Below, piece by piece: positions 1 to 11,397 of a DNA stretch of 32,014 nucleotides. Within the stretch, counting starts at the first letter, position 1. Each line of letters starts with the position of its first letter. The DNA is taken from contig NC_068997.1 in the NCBI RefSeq assembly GCF_001194135.2, positions 8,247,608 through 8,279,621 on the forward strand. The letters run 5' to 3'. Both the position numbers and the translations under genes were made by a program. This stretch comes from Octopus bimaculoides (taxonomy: Eukaryota). Below the pieces are notes generated by a model. The model was given only the letters and a program-made list of their open reading frames with translations. It was not told the origin of the DNA and searched no databases.

Positions 1-182
1 ACGTAAAAGCACCCACTACACTCTCTGAGTGGTTGGCGTTAGGAAGGGCATCCAGCTGTAGAAACTCTGCCAAATTAGATTGGAGCCTGGTGTAGCCATC
101 CGGTTGCACCAGTCCTCAGTCAAATCGTCCAACCCATGCTAGCATGGAAAGCGGACGTTAAACGATGATGATGATGATGATG
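1..182 (+). mobile_element. 3' end of an abundant RTE-like LINE (family A) with (GAT)n tail
   Basis: ...ggaagggcatccagctgtagaaactctgcc...catgctagcatggaaagcggacgttaaac(gat)n. Homologous copies at 7269, 16736, 24579 and 29242. Confidence 0.8.
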
Positions 183-183
183 A

Positions 184-300
184 TCTGCCAGATCAGATTA
201 GAGTCTGGTGTAGCCATCCAGTTCGCCAGTCCCCAGTCAAATCGTCCAACCCATGCTAGCATGGAAAGCGGACGTTAAATGATGATGATGATGATGATGT
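184..300 (+). mobile_element. Second, shorter family A 3' end directly after the first copy's tail
   Basis: Repeats ctgcc...gcggacgttaaa(tga)n with different diagnostic bases from copy 1. Confidence 0.8.
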
Positions 301-510
301 ATGTGTGTATATGTTTTTGTGTCTGTGTTTGTCCCCCCAACATTGCTGGTGTGTTTACGTCCCCGTAACTTAGTGTTTCGGCAAAAATGACCGATAGAAT
401 AAGTACAAAGCTTACAAAGAATGAGTCCTGGGTTCGATTTGCTCGACTAAAAAGTGGTGCTCCAGCATGGCCACAGTCAAATGACTGAAACAAGTAAAAG
501 AGTAAAAGAG
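301..510 (+). mobile_element. 3' half of tRNA-derived SINE (family B)
   Basis: gtgtttacgtccccgtaacttag...ctccagcatggccacagtcaaatgactgaaacaag(taaaagag)n. Reverse-complement match to 5455-5700. Confidence 0.8.
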
Positions 511-1042
511 TAATGTATCATACAGACGTAATTTCTGATGCTATCCAAATTTGTTATTCATTTATTATAGAAAAATTTTGCACAAATGTTACAGATGTTC
601 AGAGTTTGATCATTTTCAGAATTTTCAACCAATCAGAAAACAGCACATTCGCTGCCTTTTCCATCATCAGTGGGAGGCATCAGTATGTCAAAACATTGCT
701 AGAAATAACAGTCAAAACATTAAACTATACATGAATGAAGTTATAATGGGAGGCAAAGTTCTGGATATTGGTTGAATATCACCTTTCTGCCATTAATTTC
801 TTATTCTTCCTGTTGCTAAGGCTCCAGCAGTCAAGTAAAGAAGTATTAGCAAACACAGGTTCTCCATTAGTATTTATTTAAATATATACAAAGGTGTGAT
901 ATGTTGCTCTTTTGCAGCCATCTCATGCAGTATAAATTCATTGTTCTCCGTTACACAGGCCATGGCCTCAGGAGATGCGACAAACGGACTAGCCAAGAGG
1001 CTTAGCCAGTGAAGTGTTCTCTGCTAGTGGTCACAGCGGGAA

Positions 1043-1192
1043 AAGTGAGATCGAACCTCGAGGTTTCTTTCCTTTTATAGTTTTGCCATCGCAAGTCTCT
1101 CTCGTTGTGAGCTCGCGCATGGCAAATGGATGCAGGTGAGGTCTTGCTCCAGTCTCGGAAATGGCAATGGCTGCCACGAAATCTCAACCAAT
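1043..1192 (-). promoter_or_regulatory. Putative TATA/Inr core promoter firing leftward (or LTR-like promoter remnant)
   Basis: Minus-strand TATAAAAG at 1079-1072, TCACTT Inr-like at 1048-1043 (A at 1046, 33 nt from the TATA start), CCAAT at 1188-1192, CpG-rich context. Confidence 0.35.
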
Positions 1193-1566
1193 ATGGTGCT
1201 GACTGCTTGTGCCGCTGCAAAGTTAACATTAAAACATCCACGAGCAAATTAAATATTTAAATCTTCGAACAAACAAACCAACAGGACTTGAATGTTCACT
1301 ATCTCACTTCTATTGCACACACACACACACACACACGCACACACACACATTCACATACCTCCTTTTACATATACACACATACTCATACAGAGTTGAAACG
1401 CTTCCACAACCAGTTTGCCATCATCCCTTCCTTCCTTATTCATCTATCACCCCTTCCTTTCTCATTCATATGTTGTGACGGAGAAAAACACAAGAGTATT
1501 ATTATAGTGGAAAATAATCTTTCTCATAACTCCTTCTCCTCTTTGTGCACATGTGCAGCATCTTTG

Positions 1567-1626
1567 GTTGCTATGGAAACAGAGTTTTTCGCCACAGGGA
1601 TGTGTAAAAGACTCACTTCTGATTGG
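1567..1626 (+). promoter_or_regulatory. RFX X-box (GTTGCTATGGAAAC) with nearby inverted CCAAT box
   Basis: 14-bp match to the GTTNCCATGGNAAC-type X-box at 1567-1580; ATTGG at 1622-1626. Confidence 0.4.
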
Positions 1627-2062
1627 CTAAAATACCCAAATTTTGCAAATTATAAAGGCTAATATTTTTTTTTAATTATGGTTTTATAGGAAAAATGAAT
1701 TTCAATTTCATAATTAGAATACAAATCTTAATCCATACACCAAATTTGAAAACAGTTGGAACAAAATTGTAAACAGTGATGAAAACCACAAAGATCCCAT
1801 CTGGAAATTTCTTTGATTCGAAGTCAGCTTGATCAGGATGTCCTTGGTTTAAACGACAAGAATCATTATTTAATCTCTTTGTATTATGCTGAAAAAAAGC
1901 GAACGAATTTACTTGGTTTGGCAGGAAAGATTACATTGAAATCTTTTCTTTGAGAGTTACCTCCCTTGCATTTGAAAGTATCTTAAAATGTCTACCATCC
2001 AACTTTTATTCAATTACGAGACATTTTTTATTGTCACTCTTGCTATGCAATACCTAAAATAC

Positions 2063-2065
<3 letters not shown>

Positions 2066-2121
<56 letters not shown>
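2066..2121. repeat. (CT)n microsatellite
   Basis: Direct reading. Confidence 0.95.
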
Positions 2122-2770
2122 ACTCGCTCAATACCTTCCTCGTAGAGTACACAATATGGTCTCAAACTAGTCTCAAACGTACTGGTGCTAGCAATTACTT
2201 AAAAATATTTTATCAATTCATCGACCAACAAACTAAGAGGAGCACCAAATTTGGGATGAATCCGTATTGTCGCCTCAGCCAACATGTCTTGAGTTTAGAA
2301 AAAGTGATAAACTCATTTTCATTTAAGGTTATCAGCTGGTTCTTCTTTGTTCACTGCTGAACAAGATCTGTGAGTGGTCAAGCTGATTTCTGTACAGTGA
2401 GGAATAAATCTCTGATAGAAAGTATCAGTCCTAGAAATTCACTTAGTTTCCACACTGATGTAAGTTCTGGAAAAATCTATAATGGACTTCACTTTCTCGA
2501 GGAATGGACAGATTCCTTCCTTGTCAATGAATGTATCTGAAGAATGATAAAAAAAACTCTCTTGTTGGGATTAATGATGGCCCCAAACTCAGTCAAATGT
2601 AAGTAAAACAATTTCAGGTGCTCTTCGTGTTCTTCTTTGGTATTACTTGCATAGAGAAAAAAACAAAAGACACATATCACAGTACCAATAATATGCTGGA
2701 ATGTCTGCATGGGGTTACGTAGAATAAAAAGTATGGAATGAAACTTCTCTCTCGGGTATTTATTTACAAA

Positions 2771-2995
2771 TGATGACGTAGCGGCTAACATCTAGCCTTC
2801 GGCCACTTGGACCGCTGTGTCCATCACCCTGATTGGCTCTTATTTGCGCGGCATTTGTCACCAGTTCTGTTTCGCACCAGGGTGTATATCAACCAATCGT
2901 GGCCTTCTGTTAAGGTCACGTGAGAGAGTGTTTTCCGCCTGTTTCTTGAGCCCCTTTTTATCTATAAATAGCCCTGCTTCATCTACGCCAGTTGG
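2771..2995 (+). promoter_or_regulatory. Putative Pol II promoter firing rightward
   Basis: CRE-like TGACGTA 2774-2780, ATTGG 2832-2836, CCAAT 2893-2897, E-box GTCACGTGA 2915-2923, TATAAATA 2963-2970, Inr-like CCAGTT around 2990. Locally CpG-rich. Confidence 0.55.
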
Positions 2996-4334
2996 TCTTC
3001 GATTTCAGACCTCTTACAGGTCTGGTCGTTGACCATTTGACAGAACACAGCTCCAGCCAGTTTCCAGTGATGATGTCAACACCATCAATCTACTGTCTAC
3101 TACAATGTCGTCGCCAGCACCAACACCAGAACCAGAGTACAAGCTACCAGCAACAACCGCGGTTCCTTCTCAACACTATTTGTGTGGGTTGTTTCCACCT
3201 CGAAAATAACAGCCAGAACAACCTGCGAGAATCTTCTGTACCAAGTAACCGGTCGCAGCATCGACGCTCAACTTCACACACACCATGTGATACCTCAGCT
3301 TTGCTATTCGGCCACAACCTCTTGTGTACAGACATTCTACCTACTGTGTAACTCTTCTATGAACTGGTACATTCTTATCTTTGTGTTCTAAAAGAAACAT
3401 ATGTAGAGAGAGAATTTCAGAGGTCTGAAAAAATTGTAGAAATGAAGGACTGAAAAGATCTTTCATTTCCATAACAACAGCAAATAGGATGTTGAGAAAC
3501 AATATGGGTGATGAGAAGAGGAGAGAGAGAGTGTGTGTGTATGTGTGTGTGACAGCATGAGACCAACCAGGGACCACTGCAGTAGCAGACAGAGGAGACA
3601 ATATGGCAATGAACCAGAGGTTGGAGTGCGTGATGAGTGACCCCATACCAATTAGTTAGGTGGCCAGTCTTTGGGTACTGAGTAGGGTGTCTGTATGTAC
3701 CACAGCAACAGCACATGTCCAGACATGAGAACCAATTTCCAGATATGAGAACTTCTATGCCACTCAAATGAGCTTTGTAAAGGCTTTGAAGTTATCATAC
3801 ACTGAACTATTTTCTGCTCCTAAAGAAAGCTGAAGTATTTTGAATTAATCATATTCTTACAGCAATGTGAAGTAGGTCATTCCCAAACACATATACTATA
3901 CAGTATGAGTAGAGAGTGTGAGAAGGGGCTGGCATACAAACACACATCATCATCTAGTATTACTGAAAGAAATGAGGGGACAGAAGCTCACTAATACACT
4001 GACTTATAGGGGTTAAAAATACCAGTTAAGAACTAAAGCTAGAAAATGTTTCAATATAAGAAATAGATGATAGATACTTGACACAAAGTGAGTAATGCCA
4101 AAACAATGATTTTGCAGATTTTATCTTTTATTTTTCAGTTGTTGATTAATTACAGGCTAGCACTGATTAAGCCAGCATTATGATCAGAATGTATTCCCGC
4201 TATGAACAACGCCATTTTGATTCATGGTTCTGTTTACTCAGAACCACATTTTCTCATTAGTCCTTCCTTATTCAATGATAAGAAGTGATATGAAGAGAAT
4301 TTGTCTATAATTCCTAGCAAAATTCTGTTTTTTT

Positions 4335-4545
4335 AATGGTTTGGCTTCATGCTCTTCCAAGTTCGTGGTCCCAGAGACATCTTCATGCATAGAGCTGACC
4401 AGGTCCACCAGTGCTCTTCAACACTGGTGGTCCAATGCTAACCCTTCTGCATCCTCCCAGGTGACATTGAGCCTCTGGAGTTCTTCCCCAATCACATCCA
4501 GCCACCTTGTGAGGGGACTGCCATGAGGCCTCTTCCAGCTCATAT
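4335..4545 (-). mobile_element. Degenerate RTE-like LINE ORF2 3' fragment
   Basis: Minus frame WKRPHGSPLTRWLDVIGEELQRLNVTWEDAEGLALDHQC*RALVDLV resembles the W.RPRGRP..RW.D...DR..WR end of RTE-clade ORF2. Confidence 0.7.
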
Positions 4546-4584
4546 ATTCTTTTAAACTTTTAATTAGTAATGAGTAGAATATTT

Positions 4585-4787
4585 GTTTCAAATTTTGGCA
4601 CAAGGCCAGAAATTTCAGGGGAGGTGGGGTAAGTTGATTACATCAACATCATCCCCCTGCCTCGTATGCAACATTGATACCTCCACCCACCCCTGAAAGT
4701 ATGAAAGGCAAAATTGGCCTCAGTGAAATTTGAACTCTGAACATAAAGATGGACAAAATGCTAACGATTCTGCCAGTTGACCGCTTT
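4585..4787 (-). mobile_element. Degenerate tRNA-derived SINE (family D)
   Basis: Reverse complement resembles 22124-22322 (ggcagaatcgttagc...gagttcaaatt...ggccttgtgcc). Confidence 0.6.
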
Positions 4788-5454
4788 AGTAATAAACAAA
4801 ATATTAGCAGAATATTTTTCAGGATAGAGTGAGGTAGTGTTGGGGTGGAACTTAAGTAGAATATATCCTGTCGATAAAGAGCAATAGTTAGGTCAACAAC
4901 CTGGTAGTAATATCAGTGTGGTATTTCTGACACATGCCATTCCTTGCTATTCAAAGATAAAGAAAGTGAAACTTTAGTTTCAAAGAAGTCAAAAAGGAAA
5001 TTCTTATTGCTCATAGGAATTTGAAAATTATAATGTTTATGTTTGTGAATATCACAAATTTTTCTATCTCACTAATTCCTAAGAACAACTGGAAGCAGCC
5101 AACATAACTTATCAGAGAAAGCATTTTAAAACACTTTTTAACGAAATCAAATTTTGGGGATTAAATTTATGTTGCAGAATAAACAAAAATTGTGTTTCAC
5201 TTTCTCTTGTTAGATTCATAATCTTCCTTGTTACTTTTTTAAATATATATTGCTGTTCGTTTACCTGCTACTTTTCCTAAATGTTTGCGTATTGAAATTT
5301 AAATTAGGTTTGCCTATACTGAAGTTAGTTATAAAAGGAAGACATTCCTGATAGGAATTTCATAAGTTACATGTAGTTTGTTAGAGTTCCTGGATTGGTA
5401 TTGCTGCTATCCATAAAAGCACCCAAAAATAAACCATCCAGTTCAGTGGTTACA

Positions 5455-5691
5455 CTCTCTTTACTCTTTTACTCTTTTCTTTGTTTCAGTCATTTGACTG
5501 CGGCCATGCTGGAGCACCACCTTTAGTTGAGCAAATCGACCCCAGGACTTATTCTTTGGAGGCCTAGTACTTATTTTATCGGTCATTTTTGCCGAACCGC
5601 TAAGTTACGGGGACGTAAACACACCACCATCAGTTGTCAAGCGATGTTGGGGGAGGCAAACACAGACACACAAACATATACACATTCATAC

Positions 5692-5729
<38 letters not shown>

Positions 5730-5892
5730 GATGGGCTTCTTTCAGTTTCTGCCTACCAAATCCACTCACAAGGCTTTGGTCGGCCCAAGGCTATAGTAGA
5801 AGACACTTGCCCAAGGTGACACGCAGTGGGAATGAACCCGGGACCATGTGGTTGGTAAGCAAGCTACTTACCACACAGCCACTCCTACGCCT
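5455..5892 (-). mobile_element. Full-length tRNA-derived SINE (family B) with central (TA)n
   Basis: Head aggcgtaggagtggctgtgtggtaag...gggttcattccc (A/B-box-like), central microsatellite, 3' (taaaagag)n tail. Confidence 0.88.
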
Positions 5893-6562
5893 TAACTTTT
5901 TTTTCTTTTTTTGTAGCACCTTTTAAGTAGTTATTATGCCTAGTGCCCACCAAAATGCCATTGAGGTATCATGACTAAAATAACTTAATATGGATGATAA
6001 TTTATAAGTTTTACTCTGAAAACAGATTGTATAAGCTTTTAACTGTGAAATGTTAAGAAATTAAGAAAGACAAATGTTGTCAATTTCTTTCTACATTGCA
6101 AGTTAATGACTTTTCTGTGTTTGATGAGATCCCATTTTATTTTAATAACCATTACTAGTTTTATCATGTATAATTACTACTCTAGGTAAAATTTAATATG
6201 TTATGTTACTTCACTGCCAACCTTTTTGACATGCCCAGCACCCTCTTGGGCTTTATACCATCCACACTGAGAACCTCTGATCTAGCCTCTCTAGGCAATG
6301 TCTCAATTACCAGTACAACCAAACATCTAACCTACTGTCCCCTCACTGATTTTCAACAACAGCCCCCTCTGCTTTACAGAGTTAACTAGTTGGATGATGT
6401 GACATCCTGTCAAGCCAAGCCAACATATCTGTTTCTCCTTCTCTCTAATAATCATTTTGTCCCCCAACCCAAACCCTACATTAACCACCATTCCCACTTT
6501 TTCCACCACCTACAGGATATCTACACTGGAATTTCTCTTTTAACCTATATTCTTCTTGCGTG

Positions 6563-6888
6563 AAGGCACGTAGCTTAGTGGTTAGGGCATTCAACTCATG
6601 ATTGTAAGGGCATGAGTTCAATTCCCATTGACGTGTTGTGTCCTTGAGCAAAACACTTTATTTCGCAACGCTTCAATCAATTCAACTGGCAAAAACGAGT
6701 AGTACCTGTATTTCAAAGGGCCAGCCTTGTCATACTCTGTATCACACTGAATTTCCCTGAGAACTACATTAAGGGTACACATGTCTGTGGAGTGCTCAGC
6801 CACTTGCACGTTAATCTCACAAGCAAGCTGTTCTGTTGATCATATCAGCTGGGACCCTCGTCGTCATAACCGATGGAGTGCTCCTGCA
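6563..6888 (+). mobile_element. tRNA-derived SINE (family C)
   Basis: A-box TAGCTTAGTGG and B-box GTTCAATTCC in the head, followed by a conserved-looking body ending ...gtcgtcataaccgatggagtgctcc. Confidence 0.8.
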
Positions 6889-7268
6889 TATTTTTCTTGC
6901 ACGGGTCAACAGACCAGAGTTACATTGTGAACTGGAAACAAATGCAACTGTTTGAATGGGGCAAAAACCATGTGAAATGTTGAGAAGCATGAGCAAGGCT
7001 TACATGTTTCACTGCCAGAGACTTGTTACTTAATCAGTAAACTGTTTCGTTAAAAAAGAAGAGGCAGTTCAAGAAGGGTGGAAGTCTGGTGTCTTCATCA
7101 TAGCTTCTCTGAAAACAAAGTGTTTTGATGGAAGAATAAACATGAAAATGAAATGTGTGTGTGTGTGTCTGTGCACACATGTGCGTGTGTGCATATGTGC
7201 ACACCTTGTACTCAGAAACAGTAAAATGGAAGAAAACAACAAAGCCAGAAAATTATTTGTCAGCTCTT

Positions 7269-7665
7269 CATCATCATCATTTAATGTCCATTGTCCATGC
7301 TGGCATGGGTTGGAGAGTTTGACTGGGCTGGTAAGCTGAAAGGCTGCACCAGACTCCAGTCTGATTTGGTATGGTACTCTATGGCTGGATGCGCTTCCTA
7401 ATGCCAACCACTCTGAGAGTGTAATGGGTGCTTTTACATTCCACTGGCACAGGTGCCATTTGCATGACACAAGGGTGAGTTTACATGCCACCAGCATGGG
7501 TGCCAATTTGCATGACACTGGTATCCGCCACGACTGCAATTTCGCTCGGCTTGATGGGTCTTCTTCTCACGCATGACAATGCCAAAAGTCATGGTCATTA
7601 CCTCCATGAGGCCCAACTTACAACATTTGAGAGATAGCAGCCAACTCTCCCTCAAGCTACACTCC
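7269..7665 (-). mobile_element. Longest family A copy, including the degenerate ORF2 C-terminus
   Basis: 5' part reads (with frameshift) KLGLMEVMT..DFW..VMREKKTHQAE, like the RTE-clade MT.DR..WR end. It continues into the shared 3' UTR and (GAT)n tail, so family A is a LINE 3' end. Confidence 0.7.
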
Positions 7666-8469
7666 ACCGTCTGTCAAGCAATGTAAAAAGACGGAAAATA
7701 GAAAAGGATAGTGGCAATCATTCTTTCTGTGATTCTCCCAGGAACAGTGGAATATAGACACTTTTGGGAATTTTCTGTTTGATCTGGTAACAGGGAATGA
7801 AACATTGTTGTTTCTTTATGGTCCAAAATCAAAAGCTCAGCCCATGGAATGGCATCTTCTTCAAGAACTAAGAAGTTCAAAATCTGGCAGTTGGCATAAG
7901 AAGTCAAGAACATTGTTTCCAAGGATGAAAAAAAGCATCGTTTTCCTTAATTTTCTGGAATGTGGCTGTACTATGAACAGTAAGTGGAACATTGAGAGAG
8001 TCAAAAAGTTTAAAGAAACCATTAGAAGAAAGAAACTGAACAAGAATCTGAAAATAATCAACATACAAAATCAGGTAACGGACAAATTGGCCTGCTCAGT
8101 GGTCCTCTATCTGCTGTACACTCCATATCTAGTGCTCTCTCACTTCAAACTCGTTTGGTCAAATGAGGGACAGTCTTCAGGGACAATGATCTGATGACGC
8201 TGACAAGGTGAAAGTGGCTGTTGATAAGTGGGTACAAGAGTGCACAGTACACATCTGAATTTTTTTTTCAAAGCAAATTCAAGAGATGCATTCAACAATG
8301 GCACAAATGCATTGCTATGTTGAGCTGTGCCCTTGCATTGAGAAACGGTTGCTCTACCAACATGTGCTATGTCAGTTAATAAGAACTTTTGAAGAACTTG
8401 ACATCACTTGATAGTTGCGAGTGAGCGTCACATGAGCAGTGTCCTTTATTTCCATTCTTCTGGGACATG

Positions 8470-8612
8470 GGAAATATTACCCTACCTGGAAGCAGGTAAG
8501 GGTTGGCAACAGGAAAGGCACCTGACTGTGGAAAAATCCACCTAAACAAATTTTGTTTGACTCATATGAGCATGGAAAATCAGGCATTAAATGGTGGTGG
8601 TGGTGGTGGTGA
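8470..8612 (+). mobile_element. Degenerate variant LINE/SINE 3' end with (GGT)n tail
   Basis: gggttggcaacaggaaaggcacctgactgtggaaaaatc...gagcatggaaaat...taaat(ggt)n is related to the family A tail. Confidence 0.55.
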
Positions 8613-11050
8613 TTATCTTATACATAATGACTATTTACCTTGTTGTTATTTCACCAATATATCTGCTTCACCAATCTCAATGATCTTTGTCACAGACACA
8701 CACACACATGCGCGTGCACGCATGCATACACACATACATACTACATATTACATACATACACACATAGATATATACAAACGTATATCCTCTCCATTCTCTG
8801 TACACATAAGGAGTCTTTTGCTACACAGTTCTTTCACCCTCCAATAAACTATTTATCTTTCAGTTTATAGCATGCAGCTTGTTTAGTTAGGGACAAATTC
8901 ATGCTGCTATATTATCACAATACAAATCTTTCTCTTTAGCTAAAGGGGTTAACTGAAGTAGATTAGAAATATGGAAGAGATGCTTTTAAGCATTCCGCAC
9001 CCCCTGTTTTTATCATCTATTTGAAGAAATTATATGGGGAAATAAGGTAAAAAACAATATAAAACAGAACAAGTGTTAGTTTTTTTAATAAATATTTCCA
9101 AGGAATATAAAATTAGAAAAGTTAAAGAAAATAACATTTTAATGACAAATAAGATTGGGAAATTCATGTTAAATGGAATTTGGAATGTTGGAATAGGAAT
9201 ATAATAAATTAACATTATAAATTAGTGAAACAGTTAAATAGTTTAGTTCTGGAACTGTTTTCAAAAGAGTTCATTTTCAAAACTTGAATTACATCACTGA
9301 AATACGAAAAGGTACAAACTAACTACATTAGATAAAGGAATATTTTTAAAAATGTCTCTGGCTTTTTTTGTGATTTCAATCTTCATCACCCTCACATTCA
9401 GCAGCAACATCACCAACATAACATCTCATGTTTTCTTTCAAATTTAGGAATTATATATCCTTTGACAACACCAACAATCTTGTGGCAATTACTTAATTGC
9501 ATATAACACAAGATAAAGCTATAATCATTTTTTCTTTTTTTTTTTCAAAAAAAGTTTGTCTGAAATTACACAAATTTTTCCATTTTTATATTAAAAAAAG
9601 AAACTTTAACAAAATCATATAATGAAACATCTACACTAATACTACACCTACAATTATGTCTCTTCAATTCTCTTTTTAACAGAATATTAGAAAAAACTAG
9701 TGTCAATATTTCATGAAGATTAAGCTAGAGTTGACTATAGTCGCCAGTCAGTACAAGCATTTCAAAGAACTAGAGGCATATATTTAGGGCATCTCTATGT
9801 TAACTATGCAACTAATAGACTTGTACATCACTTTATAAAATTAAGTTCATGATTAGTTAATTATAACAAGCAGCATAAAGAACATATTCTTTTCCAACAC
9901 TCAAAATTTTTTTAATTATTATTCAAATTCCACCTAGTCCTTGGGTGATCTTAGAGAAGTTCACCGTTTCCAAACATTTAGGCTAATTTTTCAGTTTGTG
10001 GATAGTTTCCTCTCATCAGTCTTACAAACCCTATAAAGATAAAGGGCACAAGCACTGCCATTTTCACCCCGACTAAATGCTAGCAAAATAAAATAACTAA
10101 AAAAAGGAAAAGAAAAAAGTGTAAAAATAACATGTTGCTCAAAGTATTGACAGAAGTCTAAAACTGACAAGTATAATTTACAGATGCTGGCTAATTCTTC
10201 CCGTGGACAAGGCTTGGAGACAAATGTCAGAGCTCATATCAGATATTTTATGAAAATTAAGTTGGACTCAGCATCCACGTTACTCCACTGAGTGGAACTC
10301 AATAAGGTTCTTTACTTTTCAAAATACGTTTTTTTTTTTTATCTCTTCATAGCAACAAGCTAGAGAATTGAGGTTTTAATTTATCTCTTTTTGAAGCTAA
10401 AAACTGAAATGGTGCCTCTAAGAGCCAAGGAGCTATGAGACATTCTATTACATGTTTAACCATTCCAAAAAAAGTTTTAAAGAATGAAATCTGTATAAAT
10501 GAAAATCCATTACAGCAAGCCATTGTTATATTGAGGGTGTATAGCAATATATTTCTTTGTATTTCAAAAATGAAACATCAATACATAACTTTGAAAATGT
10601 TATATTTCCATTTCCTTTTTTAGACTTATATCATGAACAGAACAAAATAGTTGTCTTCAAATTAGTAATATTTTTTTTTAAATCTTAAAAACAAATGAAA
10701 TTAAATAAAAATAGATAAATTATATAATAATAAAAATATATTGTTGTTTTCTGAATCCAGCATGTATATATGAACTCCATCTATGTACTTACATACTTAC
10801 ATGCTGCCTGTCTCTTTTTTTGTCACTCACACACACAGGCTCACATAAATATCATTTCATTCTGCTAAAATAGGTTTATATAAATATAAATAAATATACA
10901 GATATTTACATGCAGGAAGAACAGAATATATTAAAATTTGACTCATTGAATCATGCCCAAAATTCAAAAGAGTTCAACATTATTTAATTAAATAAAATGT
11001 TCATGCATATTTATGTCGTGTTAATACCACAGCATTACAAATAAATGAAA

Positions 11051-11185
11051 TATTGACTATTAAATATATAAGGACTAGTATACTTTCCTGCTTTCTAGCA
11101 GTCTTCAAGGTCGAAGACTGCTAGAAAGCAGGAAAGTACACTAGTCCTTATATATTTAATGTCCTTATATATTTAATATTCAATA
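11051..11185. repeat. Near-perfect inverted repeat (48-bp arms, 6-nt loop) with a 17-bp tandem duplication
   Basis: 11059-11106 vs 11113-11160 match at 47/48 positions. 11144-11160 is duplicated at 11161-11177. Confidence 0.97.
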
Positions 11186-11346
11186 AGACATTCAATACTT
11201 CATTTCATTTTACTATATATATTATATATTCCATATTCTATATCCCACATTAATTTTATAAGAATATAAATACAACATAAAAACGGACAGAGTTGGAATT
11301 CTTTTGAATAATATATTCCTCTATACACTATTATACAAACCCCTTT

Positions 11347-11358
11347 TTTATTTTTATT
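11347..11358 (-). promoter_or_regulatory. Tandem AATAAA, candidate GPD1 polyadenylation signals
   Basis: Two TTTATT on the plus strand about 520 nt past the stop, followed on the minus strand by T/TG-rich sequence. The region is AT-rich, so this could be chance. Confidence 0.3.
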
Positions 11359-11359
11359 G

Positions 11360-11397
<38 letters not shown>

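Noticed and set aside
2200-2791. Several exon-like frames including the 100-aa minus ORF 2489-2791
   Set aside because: No consistent splice phases or recognisable protein similarity.
3070-3160. RRQHQHQNQST resembles the QRQSQNQS segment of the vertebrate DDIT3/CHOP uORF
   Set aside because: Low-complexity match only. There is no downstream bZIP ORF and no CCAAT-N9-CCACG element.
6200-6530. C-rich tract suggestive of an old L2/CR1 ORF (also 12900-13130)
   Set aside because: No diagnostic endonuclease or RT motif could be read.
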